The notes below the pieces were generated by a model. It worked only from the letters and a program-made list of their open reading frames with translations, had not been told where the DNA came from and did no database searches. Position numbers and translations under genes: made by a program. Shown piece after piece: positions 10,536-19,397 of a DNA stretch of 64,000 nucleotides. Position 1 is the stretch's first letter, and the number at the start of each line of letters is the position of its first letter. This stretch comes from Nitrospirota bacterium (GTDB lineage: Bacteria; Nitrospirota; UBA9217), in NCBI GenBank assembly GCA_963818475.1, contig CAWFSF010000006.1, forward strand, positions 1,184,001 to 1,248,000. The letters run 5' to 3'.

Positions 10536-12274
10536 TACAGCATCCTTGCCGGCGGCTCGTCCCTGAACTGCTGATCATGCAAATGCTTGTATTCACCGCC
10601 GAGCGCCAACAGTTCCTCATGCCTGCCCTCTTCGACGATCCTGCCGTTCTTCAGGACAATGATCCGGCTTGCATTGATGATCGTCGAGAGACGGTGGGCG
10701 ATCACAAAACTGGTGCGCCCGCGCATCAGCGTGTCGAGTGCTTTCTGGACCTCCCGTTCGGACTCGGAATCGAGGGAGGATGTGGCTTCGTCGAGCACCA
10801 GGATCGGCGCATTCTTGAGCAGCGCCCGTGCGATCGACAACCGCTGGCGCTGGCCGCCCGAAAGCTTGACGCCGGCCTCGCCGATCATCGTATCATAACC
10901 CAGGGGAAGTGCCTCGATGAAGTCATCGGCTTGTGCCGCTTTGGCGGCACGAACGATCTCTTCCATGGTGCACAAGGGGTTCCCATAGGCTATATTACTC
11001 TTAACCGTATCGTTAAAAAGGATGGTCTGCTGCGTGACGATCGCCATATGCGAGCGGAGCGATGCCGTCGTGGTGTCCCGAAGGTCGACCCCGCCGATCG
11101 TGATCATGCCGCCGGTCACGTCGTAAAAACGGGGTATAAGATTGACGAGGGTGGTCTTGCCTCCCCCGCTCTTCCCGACAATGGCGATGGTCTCCCCCGT
11201 CCTGACCGTGAGATTGATGTCCTTCAGCACGAGATCATCTTCGTATTGGAACGAAACGTCGTGGAACTCGATCGTTTTGAAATCGTGAGACATGGCAACG
11301 GCGTCCTGTTTGTCCTGTATCTCCGGCCTGGTGTCGAGGATCTCGAAGATGCGTTTCGCCGCTGCCATGCCGTCCTGGACCGTACTGTTGATCCCGTTCA
11401 ATTCCTTGAGCGGGCGGTAAAAAAAGACCAGAGCCATCATGAATGAAAAGAATTCGCCGACGGTCATGACGCCCCGTCCTATGGAGTAAATGCCGTACAC
11501 AATGACCATTGACGTGCCGAGCATGGAGATGAACTCCATGACCGGATGAGAAAGGGCGCTGGTCTTGATCGCACGCATGAAGGAATTGAAGAGCGATTTG
11601 TTCCGTTCCGCGAAACGCCTGCTTTCGTATTCCTCCATGCCGAAGGCCTTTACGATGCGCACACCGGCGATCGTCTCATGCAGATGCGTGTTCAGCACCG
11701 CCAGCTGTTCCTGCATCTGGGTGCTGACGCCGCGAAAGCGCCGGCTGAATCGAGAAAGAGCGAATCCGGCAAGTGGAAGCACGATGATGGACAGGGTAGC
11801 GAGCCGCCAGTTCAGATAGATGATATATCCCGTGAGCGCGGCCATGGTCAGGATGCCCTGGGCCAGGCTGGAGGGTGCGCGGGTCAGAGCGCCCTGAACA
11901 AGGTTAACATCATTGGTGATCCGCGACATAATGACCCCCGTAGGGGTCCTGGTAAAGTAGGAGAAGGAAAGGCTCTGAATATGTGCATACAACTGGTCAC
12001 GGATATTATTGACGATCTTTTGACCTACGTAGCCCAGAAAATAATCACGGACGTATGCAGTGACCCCCTTGAGAGCACTGACGGGGATCAGTCCCAGGGC
12101 AAGCAGCAGGCCGAGTTTCATGTCATTGGCAAGCACGACCTTATCCAGCATCGGCTTCACCAGATAGGTCTGGGCGGAGATCATGGCGCTGGTCAGCCCC
12201 ATGAAAATAACAGCCCACACAAGCCGCATCTTATAGGGTACAAGGTAGAGCAGTAATCTTTTGTAAATATCCAT
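10535..12274 (-). CDS. msbA: Lipid A export ABC transporter permease/ATPase
   Basis: TM domain plus Walker A GKSGGGKT, LSGGQRQR, LDEATSSLD, IAHRLST; within the lipid A operon. Confidence 0.9.
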   Translation of the reverse strand: MDIYKRLLLYLVPYKMRLVWAVIFMGLTSAMISAQTYLVKPMLDKVVLANDMKLGLLLALGLIPVSALKGVTAYVRDYFLGYVGQKIVNNIRDQLYAHIQSLSFSYFTRTPTGVIMSRITNDVNLVQGALTRAPSSLAQGILTMAALTGYIIYLNWRLATLSIIVLPLAGFALSRFSRRFRGVSTQMQEQLAVLNTHLHETIAGVRIVKAFGMEEYESRRFAERNKSLFNSFMRAIKTSALSHPVMEFISMLGTSMVIVYGIYSIGRGVMTVGEFFSFMMALVFFYRPLKELNGINSTVQDGMAAAKRIFEILDTRPEIQDKQDAVAMSHDFKTIEFHDVSFQYEDDLVLKDINLTVRTGETIAIVGKSGGGKTTLVNLIPRFYDVTGGMITIGGVDLRDTTTASLRSHMAIVTQQTILFNDTVKSNIAYGNPLCTMEEIVRAAKAAQADDFIEALPLGYDTMIGEAGVKLSGGQRQRLSIARALLKNAPILVLDEATSSLDSESEREVQKALDTLMRGRTSFVIAHRLSTIINASRIIVLKNGRIVEEGRHEELLALGGEYKHLHDQQFRDEPPARML

Positions 12275-12279
12275 AGGTG

Positions 12280-13424
12280 CTAGGTGCTGCCTTTCATGAA
12301 TTCCATGACCACCGATGCGGCCCGTGCCGAAGCGCCATCTTCACCCAACTGGGACCGCAGCTTCAACAAACCGGTTCGTATCCGCTTGTAGTGTGCGGGA
12401 TCGTTCAGCATGCAGGATACCTCGTCAGCGATCTTCTGCGGCGTTACCTCATGCTGAATGAGCTCGGGCACGAGCCTCTGGTTCGCAACGATGTTCACCA
12501 GCCCCACATGCGCGAGGCCGCGCACCAGTTTCGTAACCAAAAAATAGGTCATCGCCGAGATGCGGTAGACGATCACCATGGGTACGGCCATGAGCCCGGC
12601 CTCGAGGGTGGCTGTTCCTGACGTCACGATAGCCGTATCCGACGCCCGGAGTACATCATACACTCTTCCCTCTGCAAGATGAACCGGTACGTTGCTCTGC
12701 TCGACATAGGATCGAACATAAGACGCGATCAAGAGTCGGCGCTACAGGCAGAACGAATTGCAGGTCCTGAAAGCGCGACAAGAGCAGCCGGGCGGCGCCA
12801 AGCATGTCAGGGAGCAGATTGGCGATCTCACCCCTTCTGCTGCCGGGCAGGAGCGCAACGGTGCGTTTGCCCGGATCAAGGCCGAGCGCCTGCTTCGCTT
12901 CTTGCTGTGTGTAACCTGACCTGACTACGTCTGTCAGAGGATGCCCCACGAACCGCACATCAACTCCCGCTTTTTCATAGAGCGGAACTTCAAAGGGAAA
13001 GACAACGATCATGGCCTTGACAAGACGGGCGATCTTCTTGATCCTGCCCTTGCGCCATACCCAGACCTGGGGGCTTATGTAATAGACGCACCGGTATGCC
13101 GAGCTTCTGCGCCGCCTTGCCCAGCATGATATTGAAATCGGGAAAATCTATCAGGATCAGGAGGTCAGGCCGTTCTTCCCTCAGGAATTTCTTGAGTTTC
13201 GCATACACCCCGTAGATAGGGCGGATATGGGTCAATACTTCCGTGATCCCCACAACCGAGATCGAGGAGGCGTCAGCCAGCATCCGGACACCGGCATCGC
13301 GCATCTGCTTGCTGCCCACACCGTAAATGGCAGCAGCAGGGTCCTGCTTCCCTATTTCCCGCGCCAGGTTCGCACCGTGAAGATCGCCGGATGCTTCGCC
13401 AGCCATGATCATAATTTTTTTCAT
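12280..13424 (-). CDS. lpxB: Lipid-A-disaccharide synthase, frameshifted at ~13088 and ~12725
   Basis: AGEASGDLHG, IDFPDFN, YYISPQVW (read across the shift), FVGHPL, LLPGSR, SGTATLE. Confidence 0.93.
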
Positions 13425-13430
13425 AAGCAA

Positions 13431-13552
13431 CAAATCACAAGCGCCAAATGACAAATAAATACCAATAACCAAATATCAGCTCCAAACGATTGGGAAATTG
13501 GAACTTGTAATTTGGATATTATTTGTTATTTGGGATTTGATATTTGGATTTT
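13431..13552. repeat. Heptamer-periodic imperfect inverted repeat (intergenic, gnnB-lpxB)
   Basis: Left arm AAATCAC AAGCGCC AAATGAC AAATAAA TACC AATAACC AAATATC. Reverse complement of right arm AAATATC AAATCCC AAATAAC AAATAAT ATCC AAATTAC AAGTTCC, with the same 7-7-7-11-7-7 phasing. Confidence 0.8.
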
Positions 13553-13559
13553 TCCATTC

Positions 13560-14660
13560 TTAGAGCGCCTTTTTCACAGCGTCGGCCACAAGCTTGATCT
13601 GCTCCTCGGTCAACTCCGGGTACATGGGCAGGGACAGGACTTCAAGAGCAGCCTGCTCGGCGTTCGGCAGGCTTCCGGACTTCATGCCCAGGTCTTTATA
13701 GGCGGCCTGTGCGTGCAGCGGCACCGGGTAGTAGATCATGGACGAAGTCACGTTTCCGGCATCGAGTTTCTGTTTTACCGCGTCCCTGTTCTTGACCCTG
13801 ATCGTATACTGATGGAACACATGCTTCGTACCCTGCTGCTCCGAAGGCGTCTGGATGCCCGTTCCGGCCAGGAACTTATTATACAGAAAGGCATTGTTCC
13901 TGCGTTTTGCATTATAATCGTCAATGTGCTTGAACTTGATCCTCAGGATCGCGGCCTGGATCTCGTCGAGCCGGCTGTTGTACCCGATCTCGTCGTGATA
14001 GTACCGAACGCGGCTGCCATGGTTCCTGAGGCTATGCATGTGTTCGGCCAGTGTTGCGTCGTCGGTGACCACCATGCCGCCGTCACCATAGGCGCCAAGG
14101 TTCTTGCTCGGAAAGAAGCTGAAGCAGCCGATATCGCCGAATGCACCGGTCTTTTTGCCGCGGTATTCAGCGCCAAAGGACTGCGCGCAATCCTCGATGA
14201 CCTTGAGGCCGTGTTTTTTTGCCAGTTGCATGAGCCCGTCCATCTCGACCGGCGCTCCGTAGAGGTGGACCGGAATGATGGCTTTGGTCTTCTTCGTGAT
14301 CGCAGCTTCGATCTTCGAGATATCCATGTTATAGGTGATTGGGTCAATATCAATGAACACAGGCACGGCTCCGATGTAGGATGCCGCCTCGGCTGTGGCG
14401 ATGAAGGTAAAGGGAGTGGTGATGACCTCGTCGCCTCGTTTGATGCCAGCAGCCAGGAGCGCCAGGTGCAGGGCATCGGTGCCCGAAGCCACGGCAATAG
14501 CATGTTTAACGCCGTGATAGGCGGCAATCGAGTCCTCGAGCGCTTTTCCCTGAGGTCCGAGGATAAAATGAGTGCTCTGGATCACGCCCTGGACCGCGCT
14601 CATAATTTCATCATGAATCGCTTCGTACTGGATCTTGAGATCAACCATGGGTACTGACAT
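13560..14660 (-). CDS. gnnB: DegT/DnrJ PLP aminotransferase, probable UDP-3-keto-GlcNAc transaminase GnnB
   Basis: SGTDAL, VIEDCAQ, FSFFPSKNLG, GYNSRLD; position between lpxA/lpxI and lpxB next to a Gfo/Idh/MocA gene. Confidence 0.75.
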   Translation of the reverse strand: MSVPMVDLKIQYEAIHDEIMSAVQGVIQSTHFILGPQGKALEDSIAAYHGVKHAIAVASGTDALHLALLAAGIKRGDEVITTPFTFIATAEAASYIGAVPVFIDIDPITYNMDISKIEAAITKKTKAIIPVHLYGAPVEMDGLMQLAKKHGLKVIEDCAQSFGAEYRGKKTGAFGDIGCFSFFPSKNLGAYGDGGMVVTDDATLAEHMHSLRNHGSRVRYYHDEIGYNSRLDEIQAAILRIKFKHIDDYNAKRRNNAFLYNKFLAGTGIQTPSEQQGTKHVFHQYTIRVKNRDAVKQKLDAGNVTSSMIYYPVPLHAQAAYKDLGMKSGSLPNAEQAALEVLSLPMYPELTEEQIKLVADAVKKAL

Positions 14661-14677
14661 GCTGTGCGGACTCCTCT

Positions 14678-15628
14678 CTATTGTACCGGTACGAAACCGG
14701 CAACACCCTGTTCAATGGTGCGGGTAATGATCTGTGCCAGGGCAAGCGCCCTTTTTCCTTCGATTCCTGAAACGAGCGGACGTGTTTTCTGTTCGACACT
14801 CCTGACAAAGGCCTTGATCTCTTCGAGCAGGGTGTCGCGCCGTTCCAGAGAAATATCCTCGGTTGCCAGTTCAAGTGTTGCGCCGTCCCGGCGGCATGAC
14901 CGAAAGGCCTTCTGGGTCTGAAAATCAGCCGTGTAGAAGCTGGTATCGTCAAACACGCGGAGCAGCCGCTTCTTCTCCTCGGACACCCTGCTCGCGATAA
15001 CATCGGCGATGCAGCCGTTCGTGAACAGAATCCGCGCTGAAGCAATATCGATCTCTTTCGTGATGACCGAAGCGCCGGCGGCGCTCACCTCGCGGACCTC
15101 GGCGTTGGCAAGGTCCATGACGATGTCAAGGTCGTGGATCATCAGGTCAAGGACCACATTCACATCAGTGCACCGCACGGTGAACGGTGCTGCCCGCTCG
15201 GCCGTGATGTAGCGCGGTGCTTTCAGGAGCGGCTTGATCACGGTGATCGCCGGGCTGAACCGCTCGATGTGCCCTACCTGAAAGACGCAACTTTTGTCCG
15301 TTGCCAGCTTGATCAGTTCATCGGCTTGTTCAAGCGTCACCGTGATCGGTTTTTCAAGCAGAACATGGACTCCCTGCTCGAGAAATTGTTTTGCCACGCG
15401 GTGGTGCAGGATGGTGGGTACCACGATGCTGACCACGTCCACGGAGCCAAGAAGGTCTGCAGGGTCGGAAAATGAGCGGGTGTTCAGCTTCTGTGCGATC
15501 TGGGCAGCCCGTGCCGGGTCGGCATCGACCACGCCCGCCAGTTTCACCTGGGGCAGTGACGCATACTTCTCGGCATGAAACTGACCGAGATATCCAACGC
15601 CGATGACACCGGCCCGCAGCTTCTTCAT
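14678..15628 (-). CDS. gnnA: Gfo/Idh/MocA oxidoreductase, probable UDP-GlcNAc 3-dehydrogenase GnnA
   Basis: VIGVGYLG, LEKP, GHIERF, DLMIHD; lipid A operon context. Confidence 0.75.
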   Translation of the reverse strand: MKKLRAGVIGVGYLGQFHAEKYASLPQVKLAGVVDADPARAAQIAQKLNTRSFSDPADLLGSVDVVSIVVPTILHHRVAKQFLEQGVHVLLEKPITVTLEQADELIKLATDKSCVFQVGHIERFSPAITVIKPLLKAPRYITAERAAPFTVRCTDVNVVLDLMIHDLDIVMDLANAEVREVSAAGASVITKEIDIASARILFTNGCIADVIASRVSEEKKRLLRVFDDTSFYTADFQTQKAFRSCRRDGATLELATEDISLERRDTLLEEIKAFVRSVEQKTRPLVSGIEGKRALALAQIITRTIEQGVAGFVPVQ

Positions 15629-16446
15629 ATGACTCCCTGCTCGTTCTGCACCGCTATGATCGATATCCCCGCCCGGTCGGCTTCTTGAAGCAGCGTTTCC
15701 CGGTCGAGGATGATGGTTTTGCCTGACTCGATGGCAAGGCAGGCTGCTTTTACCTGTGTCATGGAAGCAATGGTCTGCGGGCCGATGGCCGGCAAGTCGA
15801 ATCGGAGATCCTGATGGGGCTTGCACACCTTGATCACTACGGCACCGCTTCCGCAGAGCAGTCCGCCTCGTTTTATGGCCTCGTCCGTCCCTTCAATGGC
15901 CTCAACGGCAAGCACGGCCTGGTCTTTGACCACGAGCGTCTGTCCGATATCCAGTTTGCCGATCTCTTTGGCCATCTGCCAGCCGAACTCGATATCGAGT
16001 TTCTCCTCTTTCGACGGTTTTCGTTTTGTCAGCACGCCGGGCGTTGCCAGAAGGTTGTCGAGATAGAGGGTCGATTCACGGACCGTGATCCCTTCGGATT
16101 CCAGTTCGGTTGCCACCGCGCGAAGCAGCGAGTCGTCCTTTTTGTGGATCATGCGGGCGAGAAAAGCCATGCCGCGCAGATCAGGAAGGGCACCGTCGAA
16201 CAGACGGGTTTTTTTTATCCCGCCGGCCATAAGTACATCATGTACATCGTGGTCTTTAAAGATCTTGATGAGCTTGCCGAGCTGCCCGACCTTGACCCAG
16301 AAAATGCTGTCCACCCATTGCGCAAGCTCCGGCAGGGTTTCGCCTTCATGGGCCACGGCGATAACCGTAAGCCCCTTCTGCTTCGCGGCCCGGGCAAAGG
16401 CCAAAGGGAACGAACCGTTGCCTGCTATTAAACCGATCTTATTCAT
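15625..16446 (-). CDS. lpxI: UDP-2,3-diacylglucosamine pyrophosphatase LpxI (DUF1009)
   Basis: IGLIAGNGSFP, LDIGQ, AVEAIEGTD, QDLRFDLPAIG. Confidence 0.9.
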   Translation of the reverse strand: MNKIGLIAGNGSFPLAFARAAKQKGLTVIAVAHEGETLPELAQWVDSIFWVKVGQLGKLIKIFKDHDVHDVLMAGGIKKTRLFDGALPDLRGMAFLARMIHKKDDSLLRAVATELESEGITVRESTLYLDNLLATPGVLTKRKPSKEEKLDIEFGWQMAKEIGKLDIGQTLVVKDQAVLAVEAIEGTDEAIKRGGLLCGSGAVVIKVCKPHQDLRFDLPAIGPQTIASMTQVKAACLAIESGKTIILDRETLLQEADRAGISIIAVQNEQGVI

Positions 16447-16449
16447 TTG

Positions 16450-17226
16450 TTACCGGGTCACGCCCCGTTTTGAGTGGCGCATGAAGTCGACTAAATGATT
16501 CACTTCTTTCGAGTCCGGGAAGTCCTGCAGCGTCTTCTTGAATGCTTCCTCCTGTGTCAGACCGGACCGGAAAATGATCTTATATGCCTGCTTGAGGTTA
16601 TTGATCACCTCGTCGCTGAAACCTTTTCGTTTCAGGCCAATGGTGTTCAGACCATAGAGCTGCGCACGATTGCCGGTGGCATTGACATAAGGCGGCACAT
16701 CGAGCACGATGGCGGACTGCCCGCCGATCATGGAGTATGCGCCGACCCGGACGAACTGGTGGATGCCGACGATCGCTCCGAGAAGAGCATAATCTTCGAC
16801 AACGACATGGCCACCGAAGGCAGCGTTGTTGGCCATGATGATATTGTTCCCCAGCTTGCAGTCATGGGCAACGTGGATATAGGACATCAGGAAGTTCCGG
16901 TTGCCGATCTCGGTTTTCCGGTCCGCTTTGGTCGTGGCGCGATGCACGGTCGCATATTCGCGGATAACATTGTCATCGCCGATGATGACATAGGTCTCTT
17001 CCTGGAGCTTATAGCCGATATCCTGCGGAGGCGTGCCGATGCTGGTGAACGAATGAATATGGTTCCGTTCGCCGATCGTGGTCCATCCCTCGATCAACGC
17101 ATGGGAGCCGACCTTCGTGTCCCTGCCGATGCTGACGTGTTCGCCAATGACCGTGTAAGGTCCGATCTCTACACCTTCGGCGATCCTGGCGTTCGGATGC
17201 ACTATGGCTGTTTGATGAATACTCAC
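16450..17226 (-). CDS. lpxA: Acyl-ACP:UDP-N-acetylglucosamine acyltransferase
   Basis: Hexapeptide repeats, PQDIGY, HVAHDC, HQFVRVG, GLNTIGLKRKGF. Confidence 0.95.
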   Translation of the reverse strand: MSIHQTAIVHPNARIAEGVEIGPYTVIGEHVSIGRDTKVGSHALIEGWTTIGERNHIHSFTSIGTPPQDIGYKLQEETYVIIGDDNVIREYATVHRATTKADRKTEIGNRNFLMSYIHVAHDCKLGNNIIMANNAAFGGHVVVEDYALLGAIVGIHQFVRVGAYSMIGGQSAIVLDVPPYVNATGNRAQLYGLNTIGLKRKGFSDEVINNLKQAYKIIFRSGLTQEEAFKKTLQDFPDSKEVNHLVDFMRHSKRGVTR

Positions 17227-17254
17227 TGCTTTCTCCTGAAATTGTTCAGTACTA

Positions 17255-17698
17255 TTACTTGTCTACGATCATGGCCATCATCTCGGCCTCGGCCACGGTA
17301 ACAGCGCCCACTTTGGCAACACCTTTGAAGCTATGAATGTTCCCACGGGTCTTGATAATTTCCATCTCAAACTGCACCTGGTCGCCGGGACCGACGGGCT
17401 TGCGGAATTTTGCCTTGTCAATACTCATAAAATAGAGGACCTTTTTTTCAGGCTCAGCAGCTGACATGAGGGCCAGCACACCGGCGGTCTGTGCCATGGC
17501 CTCGATGAGCAGCACGCCGGGCATGATGGGATGGCCGGGGAAATGTCCCTGGAAAAAAGGTTCATTAATGGTCACATTTTTTATGCCAATGATGCGCTTG
17601 GCAGCTTCCCACTCAAGGATTTTGTCGATCAAGAGAAATGGATACCGGTGTGGCAATAGGCTCATGATCTTGTTTATATCAAGCACCTGCTCTCCCAT
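17255..17698 (-). CDS. fabZ: 3-hydroxyacyl-ACP dehydratase
   Basis: LPHRYPFLLID, FFQGHFP..PIMPGVL.EAMAQ. Confidence 0.96.
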   Translation of the reverse strand: MGEQVLDINKIMSLLPHRYPFLLIDKILEWEAAKRIIGIKNVTINEPFFQGHFPGHPIMPGVLLIEAMAQTAGVLALMSAAEPEKKVLYFMSIDKAKFRKPVGPGDQVQFEMEIIKTRGNIHSFKGVAKVGAVTVAEAEMMAMIVDK

Positions 17699-17710
17699 AT
17701 GTTCTCCCCC

Positions 17711-18739
17711 CTACGTTCCCGTAATTTTTGTCTTTAATTCATGAACTTGTTTTTCCAGGCTTGCGATGAGTTTTTTCATTTCCGGCAGTCTGGGCAGGAC
17801 CGCCTGCACCTTGAGCCAATCCCTGATCGGCATGGCATAAAATCCGGCGATGACCTGCCCTGCTGCAACATCCTGCGCGATCACCGCTTTACCGCCGGCC
17901 ATGACTCGATCGCCGACCTTGGTGTGGTCAGCCACACCGACCTGGCCGCCGAACACGACATAACTGCCGATGGTTGTGCTACCGGCGATCCCCACCTGGC
18001 CCGCGATAAGGCAGTGTTCGCCGATCGTTACGTTGTGGGCAATATGCACCTGGTTGTCGAGTTTGGTGCCTTTCCTGATCAGCGTGTTCCCCAGCGTTGC
18101 CCGGTCGATGGTGCAGTTCCCGCCGATCTCTACGTCATCTTCGATAATGACCCCTCCGACCTGGGGAATCTTATGGTGCCGGCCGCTATCGGTCACAAAA
18201 CCGAAACCATCGCTGCCGAGCACGGTGCCGGCATGAATAATGACCCGTTTGCCGATCGTCACCCGGTCTCCGATACTGACCTGCGAATGGATCACGGTGT
18301 CGTCATCAATGACGGAATCTTTTCCGACGAACACTCCCGGATGGAGCGTAACACGATCGCCGATCCTCGCGCCCTCGGCAACGGTCACGAAGGGATGGAT
18401 CGACGGTTCCGTACCGATGAGAACATCCTTGCCGATCGCTGCCTTGTCGCTGATGCCGGCGGGAGCAAAGGGCGGAACGTAGAACAGCGTGAGCGCCTGT
18501 GCAAAGGCGAGTTTGGGATTCTTTACCCGCAGGACCGGCATCGGGACCGGAGGCGTATCAAACGGCACGAATGCCGCTGTTGCCCGGGACCGGGCAAGGT
18601 CCTTGAGGTACTGCGTTCCCGCAATAAAGGTGACGCATCCGGGCGTCGCCTCAAATAGACCGGCAACTGCCGTGATCTCGACGTCATCGGGACCATCCAG
18701 CCGTGCGTTCACAGCAAGGGCCAGTTCTTTCAGTTTCAT
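17711..18739 (-). CDS. lpxD: UDP-3-O-acylglucosamine N-acyltransferase
   Basis: GSDGFGF, KIPQVG, TIDRA, KLDNQVHIAHN, hexapeptide repeats. Confidence 0.95.
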   Translation of the reverse strand: MKLKELALAVNARLDGPDDVEITAVAGLFEATPGCVTFIAGTQYLKDLARSRATAAFVPFDTPPVPMPVLRVKNPKLAFAQALTLFYVPPFAPAGISDKAAIGKDVLIGTEPSIHPFVTVAEGARIGDRVTLHPGVFVGKDSVIDDDTVIHSQVSIGDRVTIGKRVIIHAGTVLGSDGFGFVTDSGRHHKIPQVGGVIIEDDVEIGGNCTIDRATLGNTLIRKGTKLDNQVHIAHNVTIGEHCLIAGQVGIAGSTTIGSYVVFGGQVGVADHTKVGDRVMAGGKAVIAQDVAAGQVIAGFYAMPIRDWLKVQAVLPRLPEMKKLIASLEKQVHELKTKITGT

Positions 18740-18775
18740 GGTCAATCCCCGTGAAGCAACAGTCTTGATTGCTGG

Positions 18776-19333
18776 TTACTTCTTTGCGTCTTCCCGCTTA
18801 TCCATGTCAACAATGACCTTGTCGGTAATGTCCAGATTTTCATCGGAATAGAGGACCACCGGCGTGGGCGGAACACCGGCCTGAGGCGCAACATCGATGA
18901 TCTTGTTGACCACCATCTCGATCTTGTCCTTTTTGGCTAGGTCTTTCACGGCGGCCATCAGGTCCTGGTTAAAACTTTTGAACAACTCTTCCTGCTTTTT
19001 GCCGATCTCGTTGCTGAACTCGTTCTGCTTCTTCTTAAAGTCATTGTACTTTTTGTTGATGGATTCCTCGATCTCCTGCTGTGCCTTGTCGTTCAGGGTC
19101 TTTCCCTGCTTCTGCTTCATGAAGTTCTCCTGCAGTTTCTGCAGCTCATCCATGTCCAGGTCAAGGATCTTCTTGCGGCTTTCATAGTATTCCTTGATGA
19201 TACCCTGGTATTTTTTGCCAAGCTTCGTTTTGTCGAAAACGGTTTGAGTATCGACAACGGCAACCTTGGCGGCTGCAATGGCGCTGGTGGCCATCAGGCC
19301 GAGCATGAGAACCATAGCTACTATTTTCTTCAT
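18776..19333 (-). CDS. skp: OmpH/Skp periplasmic chaperone
   Basis: Signal peptide, KVAVVD, coiled coil, DITDKVI; directly downstream of bamA. Confidence 0.88.
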   Translation of the reverse strand: MKKIVAMVLMLGLMATSAIAAAKVAVVDTQTVFDKTKLGKKYQGIIKEYYESRKKILDLDMDELQKLQENFMKQKQGKTLNDKAQQEIEESINKKYNDFKKKQNEFSNEIGKKQEELFKSFNQDLMAAVKDLAKKDKIEMVVNKIIDVAPQAGVPPTPVVLYSDENLDITDKVIVDMDKREDAKK

Positions 19334-19397
19334 TGTACTGCCTCCCTTAGATCAAAGTATAAAATCTGCAGCATCCTGCAGTGCCGCGCTCACGATA

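Noticed and set aside
13431-13552. Periodic repeats as a CRISPR array
   Set aside because: Units are 7-9 nt with no unique spacers, and there are no cas genes in the window.
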